From positions 1 to 22,180 of the forward strand of contig JBHIAI010000017.1 in assembly GCA_046861655.1 (NCBI GenBank): a DNA stretch of 22,180 nucleotides. Direction: 5' to 3'. The number at the start of each line of letters is the position of its first letter. The first letter of the stretch is position 1. The position numbers were made by a program, and so were the translations under genes. Positions 1-7,970 of the stretch are shown here, piece after piece. The notes below the pieces were generated by a model. The model worked only from the letters and a program-made list of their open reading frames with translations. It was not told where the DNA came from and ran no database searches. This stretch comes from Fidelibacterota bacterium (GTDB lineage: Bacteria; Fidelibacterota; Marinisomatia; Marinisomatales; S15-B10).

Positions 1-581
1 GGACCTCCCCCTTTGTCAGGCACCTGGCCCCGTTGCGTGTCCTGAACGTTCTCAGCCCAGTTCACATCCACTTCTCCTTCATACACGAGAATGGAACTTT
101 CTTCTTCGCCTGCCACTGCCCGGTACTTGGTTCCCCGGATGGCCGCCACTGCCGTAGGGGTCCGGATGGCCACATTTTTCTTCTCACCGAAAGCGGCTTT
201 GGCACTCACCCATATCTGACCCTTCTTCAGATTGGCGGAAAAGTCTTTCTTCAGGGGCGCCACGCTGGCCTCAGTGAGAATGAGTTCCGCGTTTTCCCCG
301 ATCCGGACCTTGCCTCCCCCGGTAAGGGTGATCTCCGCCCGGGATTTGGCCTTGGTCTGCACCCCATCCTTTACAAAAACAGGGTGTTTTACCCTGGCCT
401 TCTGCCACTCCTGGGCCTCCGCCGGCCGCACCTGAACCATCCCCAGGGGAAGAGTTATCTTCCCGAATTCTCTGGCAGGCCCCGGGGAATTTCTAACATT
501 GAACGGGGCAGGCGGGGAAACCGAAATGGCGACGGTGGCCACAACGACAATCAACGTCATCAAGATAAGTTTTGGTTTCAT
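1..581 (-). CDS. FecR-domain protein with N-terminal signal/TM segment (3'-truncated by window edge)
   Basis: Not in the ORF track because it has no stop in the window. Manual translation from ATG at 581: MKPKLILMTLIVVVATVAISVSPPAPF...GVQTKAKSRAEITLTGGGKVRIGENAEL...LKKGQIWVS...IRTPTAVAAIRGTKYRA...ILVYEGEVDV, open to the edge. These are FecR-like motifs. GAGGGAGGGAG lies upstream of the ATG. Confidence 0.85.
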   Translation of the reverse strand, partial: MKPKLILMTLIVVVATVAISVSPPAPFNVRNSPGPAREFGKITLPLGMVQVRPAEAQEWQKARVKHPVFVKDGVQTKAKSRAEITLTGGGKVRIGENAELILTEASVAPLKKDFSANLKKGQIWVSAKAAFGEKKNVAIRTPTAVAAIRGTKYRAVAGEEESSILVYEGEVDVNWAENVQDTQRGQVPDKGGG

Positions 582-600
582 GGTTGTTCTCCCTCCCTCG

Positions 601-642
601 CGGAATAAGTTATGAAACATCCCATGTTTATACACGGAATAA
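601..642. promoter_or_regulatory. Possible operator/promoter region upstream of the FecR gene
   Basis: AT-rich stretch with inverted repeat AAACAT-ccc-ATGTTT (615-629) between two direct copies of CGGAATAA (601-608, 635-642). No convincing -35/-10 pair. Confidence 0.25.
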
Positions 643-647
643 TGAAC

Positions 648-699
648 GGTTAGGGGGTTAAGGGTTAGGGGGTTAGGGGTTAGGGGTGAGAGGTCAGGG
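648..699 (+). repeat. G-rich 7-8 bp tandem repeat (GGTTAGG-like), G-quadruplex-capable
   Basis: GGTTAGGGGGTTAAGGGTTAGGGGGTTAGGGGTTAGGGGTGAGAGGTCAGGG. TTAGGG occurs at 650, 665, 673 and 680. Confidence 0.85.
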
Positions 700-713
700 C
701 GACGAATTACGTT

Positions 714-740
714 TGTCCCGGTCTCCCGTCTCGCGTGTCC
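714..740 (+). repeat. Degenerate heptamer repeat (GTCTCCC family)
   Basis: tgtcccg gtctccc gtctcgc gtgtcc lies directly after the xdhC stop and resembles the TCTCCGG units at 9928-9962. Confidence 0.45.
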
Positions 741-1502
741 TTATTTCTGCCCAGTGTCGCTGTCTCCTGCCACTTCCGTCAGGGGCTTTCCTGTTCCCCC
801 GTAGCGGTGCATAACGATTTCCGCCAGGATGCTCAAAGCCATCTCCTCGGGAGACTTCCCTCTAAGATTAAGGCCCGCGGGGGAGTGAAACCGGCTGAGT
901 TCCTCCACCGTGACCCCCTCTTTCATCAGGTAGTCCCTTACAAGACCCGTCCTTTTCCTGCTGGCGACCATGGCCACAAAGGGAATGCCCCTCTTTAGAG
1001 CCTCATGGGCCACCTTGTGATCGTCCCGATGATGCGTTGCCAGGATGAGGTACTCGGGTTCCCGGTTCTCCTCACTCAGGACCTCTCGCCCAGTAACAAC
1101 CTCAAATCCCAGAAGTTGTCCTAACTTGACAAGAGTCTCCACCAGCTTTCCAATCCCCCGGACGACCATAACCGGTTTCTTCAGCTGGGGTTCCACCAGA
1201 ATTGACATGGCTCCTCCACACGGAATTCCCGATGCCAGGGTGTCGCTGTCCAGGGTAATCGTTACCATCCGGGGTGTCCCGTTCCGGAGCGTCTCTTTCG
1301 CCATCTTCCCGATCCTGTCTTCCACACACCCCGCTCCAATCCACCCTGAAATGCGGTTTCCCCGGAGGTCATAGATGGCCCGGTCACCCACCTTGCCGGA
1401 GGTGGACCCTTCCACAGCTACCACGGTGGCCAGGGCAAAGTCCTTTCGGGCCGCCTTCAGGTCCGCCGCAAGCTGGAAGATATTGTTGTCGGTATCCGTT
1501 AT
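741..1502 (-). CDS. xdhC: XdhC/CoxI family molybdoenzyme maturation factor (start uncertain: ATA 1502 or GTG 1424)
   Basis: Motifs FALATVVAVEGST, IGAGCVE, PCGG, ILATHHRDD, VAMVASRKR, HSPAGLNLRGKSPEEMALSILAEI. The frame is open upstream of GTG 1424 to 1505 (HITDTDNNIFQLAADLKAARKDFALAT) with no ATG/GTG/TTG. Confidence 0.88.
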   Translation of the reverse strand: MTDTDNNIFQLAADLKAARKDFALATVVAVEGSTSGKVGDRAIYDLRGNRISGWIGAGCVEDRIGKMAKETLRNGTPRMVTITLDSDTLASGIPCGGAMSILVEPQLKKPVMVVRGIGKLVETLVKLGQLLGFEVVTGREVLSEENREPEYLILATHHRDDHKVAHEALKRGIPFVAMVASRKRTGLVRDYLMKEGVTVEELSRFHSPAGLNLRGKSPEEMALSILAEIVMHRYGGTGKPLTEVAGDSDTGQK

Positions 1503-1523
1503 GTGTTATGAGTTATGCGTTAT
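1496..1523 (+). repeat. 4 x heptamer NNGTTAT at the mocA/xdhC junction
   Basis: ccgttat gtgttat gagttat gcgttat. Contains the mocA stop codon. Confidence 0.8.
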
Positions 1524-2153
1524 CCTTGCCACTTCATCTTTGTTCCTTGATACTTGGCACATAATCTCCCAGTAGTCAGAGACCGTATCATAATCGAGGA
1601 GAACCTCATCCGACGGCACCGGAGTGACCTCTGAATCCTCCCGGTGATCCTCCAACACACCCTTGCATCCCCGGTCTCCGGCAACGGCCATGATCTCCGG
1701 GAAAAACGTTCGGGGAAAGATAACGGGATTCCCCTGGTTTCCCCTGAAGGTGGGAAAGACAATATGTTTTCCTTTTGACGACTCAAACCGGTTTCGGAGG
1801 TGGGTCAGCGTTTCCACGGTCAGAAGCGGCATATCCCCCAGGATGACGGCGGCGCCGTCACACCTGTTTCGGATCGCTTCCACTCCCGTTCTTATAGATC
1901 CTGACATCCCTTCTTTCCACCGACGGTTCCGGACCACCCTCACGGGAAGTGCATGGAGTGCCTTGCGCACGCGCCACCCCTGGAACCCCACAACCGCCAC
2001 CACCGGTTGGAATCCCGCCTCCACTATCCTCTGGCAGATTCTCACAATCACGGGCGTCCCATCCGCCGGGAAACTGAAAAGAAGCTTGTTCTCTCTCCCG
2101 GTACCGAACCTTCGGGACCCCCCCGCGGCCAGAATCACCGCCCCCACCTTCAT
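1506..2153 (-). CDS. mocA: Molybdenum cofactor cytidylyltransferase (MocA/YgfJ-like NTP transferase)
   Basis: ILAAGGSRRFG..NKLL, GMSGSI, LGDMP, GNPVIF, GDRG and DYDT motifs. Adjacent to xanthine-oxidase-family genes, which typically use MCD. Confidence 0.88.
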   Translation of the reverse strand: MKVGAVILAAGGSRRFGTGRENKLLFSFPADGTPVIVRICQRIVEAGFQPVVAVVGFQGWRVRKALHALPVRVVRNRRWKEGMSGSIRTGVEAIRNRCDGAAVILGDMPLLTVETLTHLRNRFESSKGKHIVFPTFRGNQGNPVIFPRTFFPEIMAVAGDRGCKGVLEDHREDSEVTPVPSDEVLLDYDTVSDYWEIMCQVSRNKDEVARITHNS

Positions 2154-2168
2154 GGACCGATTTTCCTT

Positions 2169-2196
2169 AGGAGTGATAGGATATCCTACGCTCTTA
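2169..2196. repeat. Palindromic element, AGGAT...ATCCT family
   Basis: AGGAGTGATAGGATATCCTACGCTCTTA with perfect palindrome TAGGATATCCTA (2177-2188). Similar to 20749-20778. Confidence 0.5.
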
Positions 2197-4978
2197 GCGC
2201 CTCAAGGACCTTCTCCGGGGTGATGGGCAACTCCCTGATTCTGACCCCGATGGCATCATACACCGCATTGGCAATGGCACCGATAACCGGGAGCGTGGCT
2301 CCCTCTCCCACTTCCTTTGCCCCGAAGGGTCCCCTCGGTTCATACGATGGAACCGTCGAACTCTCAATGTGAGGGATATCCCCGGCCGTGGGCAATAGAT
2401 AGTCATGGAGATTAGGATTTAGAATCTGGCCCTTTTTGTCGAAGATCACCCCCTCAAGAAGGGTCTCACCGAGCATCATGGCAATGGCCCCTTCCGCCTG
2501 GCCTTCCACACCCAGAGGATTGATGGGTGTGCCCACATCGTGGGCATCGGTGAATTTCACCACCTTGATCTCACCGGTATCCAGATCCACCTCAACTTCG
2601 CACACGCACGCGGTAAAAGAATAGGCGGGGGAGGTGCCTACGGTGGCCCCTTTGAAGGATCCTCCAAGGTCTTTTGGAGGCGAATAGTGCCCCCGGCCCA
2701 CCACCGGTCCGTTCAGAGCGAAACAACGGGCAGCCACTTCGTGCCAGGCAAGGCCATTACCGGGATGTCCTTTCTCGAACACACGGTCGTCCCGGATTTC
2801 CAGGCGTTCGGCAGGAACGTCCATCATTTGGGACCCTACTTCGAGAAGCTGCCGCCGGATGCTTTCCCCTGCCATCTTGCACGCGTTGCCGCCCATGAGA
2901 GTAACCCGGGAAGAGTAGGATCCGAATCCCAGGGGTGTGGTGTCGGTATCGGCATGGACCACCTTAATCCTGTCGTAGGTGATACCCATGGCCTCCGCTG
3001 CAATCTGAGCCAGCACCGTCACCGATCCCTGGCCGATTTCTGTTTCCCCGGTGTAGAGAATAGCGGTATGTCCGTCCTCACTCACCTTGATGGTGGCGCT
3101 GGAATGGGGAAAGCTGGACCGGTAGATGGGGTATCCCGCACCGCTGACAAAGCCGCCGCATCCCACTCCGATGCCCCTTCCGAAGGGGAGCTTTCCCCTT
3201 TTCTTATCCCAGTTGCTTTTCTTCCGTACGGTTTCCAGACAAGCTTTGAGTTCGCACGATCCGATGTCCAGATCGTTTACAGTCCGGGTGTCGGGATCCA
3301 TGGCGTTTTTCAGCCTCACATCGATGGGATCGAGTCCCAGTTCCATGGCCATATCGGTCAGAAGACTTTCAAAAGCGAACCGGGGATGGGGACAGCCGTG
3401 ACCCCGCATGGCTCCGCAGGCCGGAAGGTTGGTGTTCACCCGGAATCCGTCGTACTTGAAGTTTGGGATCCTGTACAGGGTAGGAATCATGGCCCCGGAA
3501 TAGTAGGCGGCAATGACCCCGAAGGAACTGTACGCGCCCCCTTCCAGGATGGATTTTTCATGAACGGCGGTGATGGTGCCGTCTTTTCTCATGCCCATCT
3601 TCAGATCGATGATTTGCCGGTGTCTTCCCCTGCCGTGGCGGAACATCTCCGGCCGGGTGTACCGCATCTTCACCGGACGGCCCGTCTTCCTGGCCAGGAG
3701 GGCAGCACAGATTTCCAGGGGGTTGACCTCCGCCTTCCCCCCAAAACCGCCCCCGCAGTGGGTCCCGATCACCCGGATGTCCCCCTGGGGCATATCCAGG
3801 AGACGGGCCAATTGATAGCGGACGTAGTGTACCACCTGGGTGGACGTGTAAACGGTAAGCCTCCCCTCCCCGTCCCACTGGGCAATGGCGCAGTGAGGCT
3901 CCATGGGATTCTGGTATGTGCGGTTTCCCTTATACGTATCCGACCTAACCAGGTCCGCCTGCTGAAATCCCTTTTCCACATCCCCGAAGTGCCATTCAAC
4001 CCGGGTGTTTATGTTGTTGGGGTACCGCTTGAGGATGACAGGGGCACCCGCCTTCATGGCCTCCGACGCATCGAAAACAGCAGGCAATTCCTCGTACTGA
4101 ACCTGGATGAGATCCAGGGCCTTGTAACAGGTTTTCTCATCCACCGCAGCCACTGCCGCCACTTCGTCTCCCACATAACAGACCTTTTCTTTGGCGAGAA
4201 TATGTTCATCGTAGCGGGCGGGACTGACCCCATACAGGGTATCGGGGACATCTTTCCCGGTCAGGATCGCTTTCACTCCCGGGAGATCCTGGGCCTTTTT
4301 CGTTTCGATTTTCTTGATTCGAGCATGGGCCACCGGACTGGTAAGGATCTTTCCGTACAGCAGGTTGGGGAGCTTGATATCATCGGTAAACCGGGCCGAT
4401 CCAGTGACCTTTTCCAGGGCGTCTTTGCGGACCACCGGCTGACCTACCACGGAATAAGAGCCCTGTTTTCCGCCGGGTGGCGGGCTTCCCTTGCGGTACG
4501 CCTGCCAGTTTGAAATGGCTCTTACAATCTTGGCATAGCCCGTGCACCGGCATAAGTTTCCGGCCAGGGCTTCCCGGATCTGTGTGTCTGACGGACTGGG
4601 GTTTTCGTCCACGAGTGCCTTCGCCGTCATCACCATTCCCGGCGTGCAGAACCCGCACTGGATGGCCCCCTCCCCCGCGAAGGCCCGTTGAAGGGGATCC
4701 AGTTCGCCCTGGGAGGCCAGACCCTCGATCGTAACAATCTCCTGGCCCTCGGCTTCCACCGCCAGAAGCAGACACGAATTTGTGGGTTTGCCATCCACCA
4801 GCACCGTGCACGCACCGCAGTCCCCCACACCACACCCGGTCTTCGTTCCAGTCATACCGAGATCTTCCCGCAGGACTTCCGCCAGGGTCGAGGTGGTCCG
4901 CACGAGGAGGGTGAAATGGTCACCGTTCACCGTCAGACCCACCACATACCCCTTACCGTTCACGGTGGCGGGATTCAT
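2186..4978 (-). CDS. Fused 2x[2Fe-2S] + molybdopterin subunit, 4-hydroxybenzoyl-CoA reductase-like (HcrC-HcrA fusion)
   Basis: N-terminal GTKTGCGVGDCGAC...SC and QCGFCTPG...GNLCRCTGY. Mo domain with GGGFGGK, GAMRGHG, WDKKRGKLPFGRG, GSYSSRVT and GPFGAKEVGEG, which match my recollection of Thauera HcrA. Start placed at ATG 4978 (ATGA overlap with the upstream stop), 930 aa. Confidence 0.85.
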   Translation of the reverse strand: MNPATVNGKGYVVGLTVNGDHFTLLVRTTSTLAEVLREDLGMTGTKTGCGVGDCGACTVLVDGKPTNSCLLLAVEAEGQEIVTIEGLASQGELDPLQRAFAGEGAIQCGFCTPGMVMTAKALVDENPSPSDTQIREALAGNLCRCTGYAKIVRAISNWQAYRKGSPPPGGKQGSYSVVGQPVVRKDALEKVTGSARFTDDIKLPNLLYGKILTSPVAHARIKKIETKKAQDLPGVKAILTGKDVPDTLYGVSPARYDEHILAKEKVCYVGDEVAAVAAVDEKTCYKALDLIQVQYEELPAVFDASEAMKAGAPVILKRYPNNINTRVEWHFGDVEKGFQQADLVRSDTYKGNRTYQNPMEPHCAIAQWDGEGRLTVYTSTQVVHYVRYQLARLLDMPQGDIRVIGTHCGGGFGGKAEVNPLEICAALLARKTGRPVKMRYTRPEMFRHGRGRHRQIIDLKMGMRKDGTITAVHEKSILEGGAYSSFGVIAAYYSGAMIPTLYRIPNFKYDGFRVNTNLPACGAMRGHGCPHPRFAFESLLTDMAMELGLDPIDVRLKNAMDPDTRTVNDLDIGSCELKACLETVRKKSNWDKKRGKLPFGRGIGVGCGGFVSGAGYPIYRSSFPHSSATIKVSEDGHTAILYTGETEIGQGSVTVLAQIAAEAMGITYDRIKVVHADTDTTPLGFGSYSSRVTLMGGNACKMAGESIRRQLLEVGSQMMDVPAERLEIRDDRVFEKGHPGNGLAWHEVAARCFALNGPVVGRGHYSPPKDLGGSFKGATVGTSPAYSFTACVCEVEVDLDTGEIKVVKFTDAHDVGTPINPLGVEGQAEGAIAMMLGETLLEGVIFDKKGQILNPNLHDYLLPTAGDIPHIESSTVPSYEPRGPFGAKEVGEGATLPVIGAIANAVYDAIGVRIRELPITPEKVLEALRA

Positions 4979-5826
4979 GCGGTCACACACTTTCTTATGG
5001 CCCGTCTGACGAGAACGTCCACAAGGTCCCGCCTGAACTCTCGGGTTCCCCGTACGTCCGTGATGGGTTTCGCCTCGCTTTTCGCCCGTTGGGCGGCACC
5101 AGCGATTACCTCTCCGGTGAGGGCCTTTCCCTCCAGGAACCGGCTGGCCTTTTCTGCCATCAGGGGGGTGGGAGCCACCGCTCCCAGGACGATCCTCGCT
5201 TCAACACATTTTCCCCCCTCAAGATGAACATAGGCTGCCACCGAAACCACCGCCAGGGAATTGGAAGCCCTGCGGCGGAATTTCTCGTACCGGGCGGCCG
5301 CACCCGGCGGCTTGGACGGAACGACAATCCTGGTCAGGATCTCATCCCCGCGTCGAATCGTCTCCCGGTTGTCGATGAAGAAATCCTTCAGCGATACCCG
5401 CCGGATTCCCTTCGAAGAGACCAGCTCCACCTCCGCGCCCAGAGCCATCAGGATCACAGGAAAATCCCCACAGGCCACAGCACTGCAAATATTGCCACCC
5501 ACAGTAGCCCGTGTCCGAACCTGGGGGGAGGCAAATGTCACCACCATGCCCGCCAGTTCGGGCAGTGTCTCCCGGACCAACGGAGACCTCTCCACCATGT
5601 GGGCGGTACACCCCGACCCGATGAAGATCGTGGAGTCCACCTTCTCAATCAGGGAAAGTTCCTCCAGCCCCTTCAATGAAATGACGTGGCTGGCCTGACG
5701 GATGCCGGAGTCGATATCCACCAGCAAATCCGTCCCCCCCGCCAGAACCTGGGCCTCCTGGAGTCCGGCCAGGAGGGAACACGCTTCGTTTAGATCCGCG
5801 GGGCGGTGGTAGTGGAAATTCTTCAT
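4975..5826 (-). CDS. Xanthine-dehydrogenase-family FAD-binding subunit (HcrB/CoxM-like, lacking the [4Fe-4S] loop)
   Basis: LAGGTDLL, ASPQVRTRATVGGNI, LGAVAPTP and PITDVRGTREFR motifs, 283 aa. Confidence 0.9.
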   Translation of the reverse strand: MKNFHYHRPADLNEACSLLAGLQEAQVLAGGTDLLVDIDSGIRQASHVISLKGLEELSLIEKVDSTIFIGSGCTAHMVERSPLVRETLPELAGMVVTFASPQVRTRATVGGNICSAVACGDFPVILMALGAEVELVSSKGIRRVSLKDFFIDNRETIRRGDEILTRIVVPSKPPGAAARYEKFRRRASNSLAVVSVAAYVHLEGGKCVEARIVLGAVAPTPLMAEKASRFLEGKALTGEVIAGAAQRAKSEAKPITDVRGTREFRRDLVDVLVRRAIRKCVTA

Positions 5827-5833
5827 GGGAATG

Positions 5834-5945
5834 TTATGCGTGATGCGTCATTCGTGATGCGTGATGCGTAATGCGTAATGCGTAATTCGTGATACGTAAT
5901 GCGTAATTCGTGATGCGTGATGCGTAGTGCGTAGTGCGTAATGCG
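5834..5945 (+). repeat. 16 x heptamer tandem array, consensus TRATGCG
   Basis: ttatgcg tgatgcg tcattcg tgatgcg tgatgcg taatgcg taatgcg taattcg tgatacg taatgcg taattcg tgatgcg tgatgcg tagtgcg tagtgcg taatgcg (112 bp, unbroken 7-bp register). Confidence 0.95.
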
Positions 5946-5977
5946 TGAGACTGCAGACGTTTAACGAACCTCATCAT
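5834..5977 (-). CDS. Putative 47-aa repeat-encoded bridging mini-ORF
   Basis: MMRFVKRLQSHALRTTHYASRITNYALRITNYALRITHHASRMTHHA*. Starts 8 nt after the upstream stop behind AGGAAG and ends 7 nt before the next ATG. Translation is unproven. Confidence 0.25.
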   Translation of the reverse strand: MMRFVKRLQSHALRTTHYASRITNYALRITNYALRITHHASRMTHHA

Positions 5978-5985
5978 CTTCCTGC

Positions 5986-7965
5986 CTACTGCCCACTGCC
6001 GCCTGCCGCCCGTTCCAGGCCCCTGAGGGCGTCTTTGGTGGAAAAAATCTCCTCAAGGTATTCAAGTTCAGAGGATGGACCCCCTTGTTCATCGATGAGC
6101 CGTTCGGCGATTTCCAGGGCCCGGGGCGCTCTTGACCGGATCCGTTTCACCAGGGGCCGCCATCTCTGGGACGGAAACTCCCCCGTCAGTAGACTGGACA
6201 CAGAATGGTCCTGGAAGAACGCTTCAACCTCCCGCCATTTGTCCCCCCTTTGAGCCCTCTTTTTCTTCACCTTACCCTTTCCCTCCACAATCTCCCGCAG
6301 TTCATTCCAGTCGATTATCCCATCGATGAGTCCTATCTCAAGGGCCTCCCTGACGGAAACCATCTGGCCGGTAAAGATGAGGAACTTGGTGAGCCCAGGG
6401 CCGATTCGCCGGGCCGTCCTCTGAGTTCCTCCCAAACCGGGATAGATACCCAACCCGGTCTCCGGAAAAGCAAACCGGGCGGACCCCAGTGCCAGCACCA
6501 TATCCGCTGTCAGAGCCAATTCCAGGCCTCCGCCCAGGGCAAACCCGTTGACTGCGGCAATGATGGTCTTGTCCGATCTATCAATCCTGTTGAACAGTCC
6601 CTGGACCTTCCGGGTGAATGTCACGATCTCACGGATACTCTGGGTACGGAGGCGATCCACAAAAAACTTCAGGTCTGCGCCAGCGGCGAAAGCCTTCCCG
6701 TACCCTGTGATCACGACAGTGTGCACCCGGTCATCCCCCTCGAGGCCCATGAAGGCCTCGGAAAGCTGGTCCACCACGGTGGGATTCAGGGCATTCAGAT
6801 CCTCCGGCCGGTTCAAGAACACCACCCCGGTTCCATCCCTTTTTTCCTGGGAGATGAAGGCTTGCTTCCAGCGGTCCCCTGACAGGGATTCCGGCACCCT
6901 TACCCGTCGGGAATGGCTCTCTGTCACGCGGCGAACCAGGTCGCGGACACCCGGTTCCCCGGTTTCCTGGTACAGTTCTCCGGGCCCCCGGCTCCACCTG
7001 AGGCCGATTCTTGCCCCCTGATTAAGATCCCTGACCGTGCAAACCTTTTCCTCCAACAACTGTCCGCAGGCAAAAAAGACTGCTCCCAGCAAGCGGTCCT
7101 CGATGGCCTTCCGGCGATCTGAATCCCCTGTCCGGTCAACTTCGATGGTCCATGGATCCCCTGCGCGGGCCTGACGCTCCAGGATTCCCGCCGGCCGGTA
7201 GAATGACCCAAAGGCCTCCCCCAGGGTCTGGCTCGCCTTGTAAGCGATGGACACCCCGGTGGCATTCATGAGAGCAAATGGACCCATACTGCACCCGAAT
7301 GTTTCGCAGGCCACCCTGTCGATCAAGCCCGTCTCTCCCAGTCCCTCTTCCACCATACGGGCCGCCTCGTTCAGCCACGGAACGAAGAACCGGTTCACCG
7401 CGAACCCGGGGCTATCCTTGCACACGATGGGATCCTTGCCACATCTGCGCATGAACCACAGGGTTTTCCGGAAGACGGTATCGTCTGTGGCTTTGCCTTT
7501 GACCACCTCCACCAGACGGTTCTTGGCTGCGTGATAGAAGAAGTGAAGGCCCAGGAACCGTTCCGGATGAGGAACGGACTTAGCCAAAATGGACACGGAA
7601 AACGACGACGTATTGGTCCCCACAACTGCGTCGCCGGCCACCGTTTCTCCCACCCTTGCCAGAAGGTCCTTCTTCACACCGAAATCTTCAAACACGGCCT
7701 CGATGACCAGCTGACACCCAGCCGTATCCCGCAAGTCGACCGTGGGCTCAATACGATTCACGATTTCAGCCGCCTGTTTCTCCGAAAACAGTCCCCGGTT
7801 GGTCCCTTCGTCCAGGGTCTCCTTGACCCTTTCCAATCCCCTTTTGAGAAAGCGGTCCTCCGTATCGACCATGATCACTTTCATCCCCTCCTGGGCGAAT
7901 TTCTGTGCCAGGGCCGAACCCATGGTCCCGGCTCCCACGATGCCCACGGTGCGTATCTCAGCCAT
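5986..7965 (-). CDS. 3-hydroxyacyl-CoA dehydrogenase / enoyl-CoA hydratase fusion (HAD N-terminal, crotonase C-terminal)
   Basis: True start MAEIRTVGIVGAGTMG at 7965. The longer ORF overlaps dch. Motifs IEAVFED, TNTSS, HFF, KDSPGFAVNR, then LNRPEDLNALN, AFAAGAD, GFALGGGLEL, PETGLGIYPGLGGTQR. 659 aa. Confidence 0.92.
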   Translation of the reverse strand: MAEIRTVGIVGAGTMGSALAQKFAQEGMKVIMVDTEDRFLKRGLERVKETLDEGTNRGLFSEKQAAEIVNRIEPTVDLRDTAGCQLVIEAVFEDFGVKKDLLARVGETVAGDAVVGTNTSSFSVSILAKSVPHPERFLGLHFFYHAAKNRLVEVVKGKATDDTVFRKTLWFMRRCGKDPIVCKDSPGFAVNRFFVPWLNEAARMVEEGLGETGLIDRVACETFGCSMGPFALMNATGVSIAYKASQTLGEAFGSFYRPAGILERQARAGDPWTIEVDRTGDSDRRKAIEDRLLGAVFFACGQLLEEKVCTVRDLNQGARIGLRWSRGPGELYQETGEPGVRDLVRRVTESHSRRVRVPESLSGDRWKQAFISQEKRDGTGVVFLNRPEDLNALNPTVVDQLSEAFMGLEGDDRVHTVVITGYGKAFAAGADLKFFVDRLRTQSIREIVTFTRKVQGLFNRIDRSDKTIIAAVNGFALGGGLELALTADMVLALGSARFAFPETGLGIYPGLGGTQRTARRIGPGLTKFLIFTGQMVSVREALEIGLIDGIIDWNELREIVEGKGKVKKKRAQRGDKWREVEAFFQDHSVSSLLTGEFPSQRWRPLVKRIRSRAPRALEIAERLIDEQGGPSSELEYLEEIFSTKDALRGLERAAGGSGQ

Positions 7966-7970
7966 GGTCT

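Noticed and set aside
33..608. 191-aa plus-strand ORF
   Set aside because: It is antisense to the FecR-domain gene, which has clear motifs and an RBS.
648..699. Eukaryotic telomere contamination or chimera
   Set aside because: The tract is short, has mostly 7-8 bp periodicity, and sits between intact bacterial-type genes in a region with other heptamer tracts. Only read data could exclude this fully.
1506..1508. Selenocysteine or pyrrolysine readthrough at the mocA/xdhC junction
   Set aside because: The codon is TAA, not TGA or TAG.
2540..4513. Long plus-strand ORFs (657 aa here; also 8716-10305, 14180-15640, 18141-19112 and others)
   Set aside because: They are antisense shadows of well-supported minus-strand genes in GC-rich DNA and have no recognisable motifs.
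5834..5945. Possible CRISPR array
   Set aside because: The units are 7-bp tandem repeats without unique spacers, and there are no cas genes in the window.
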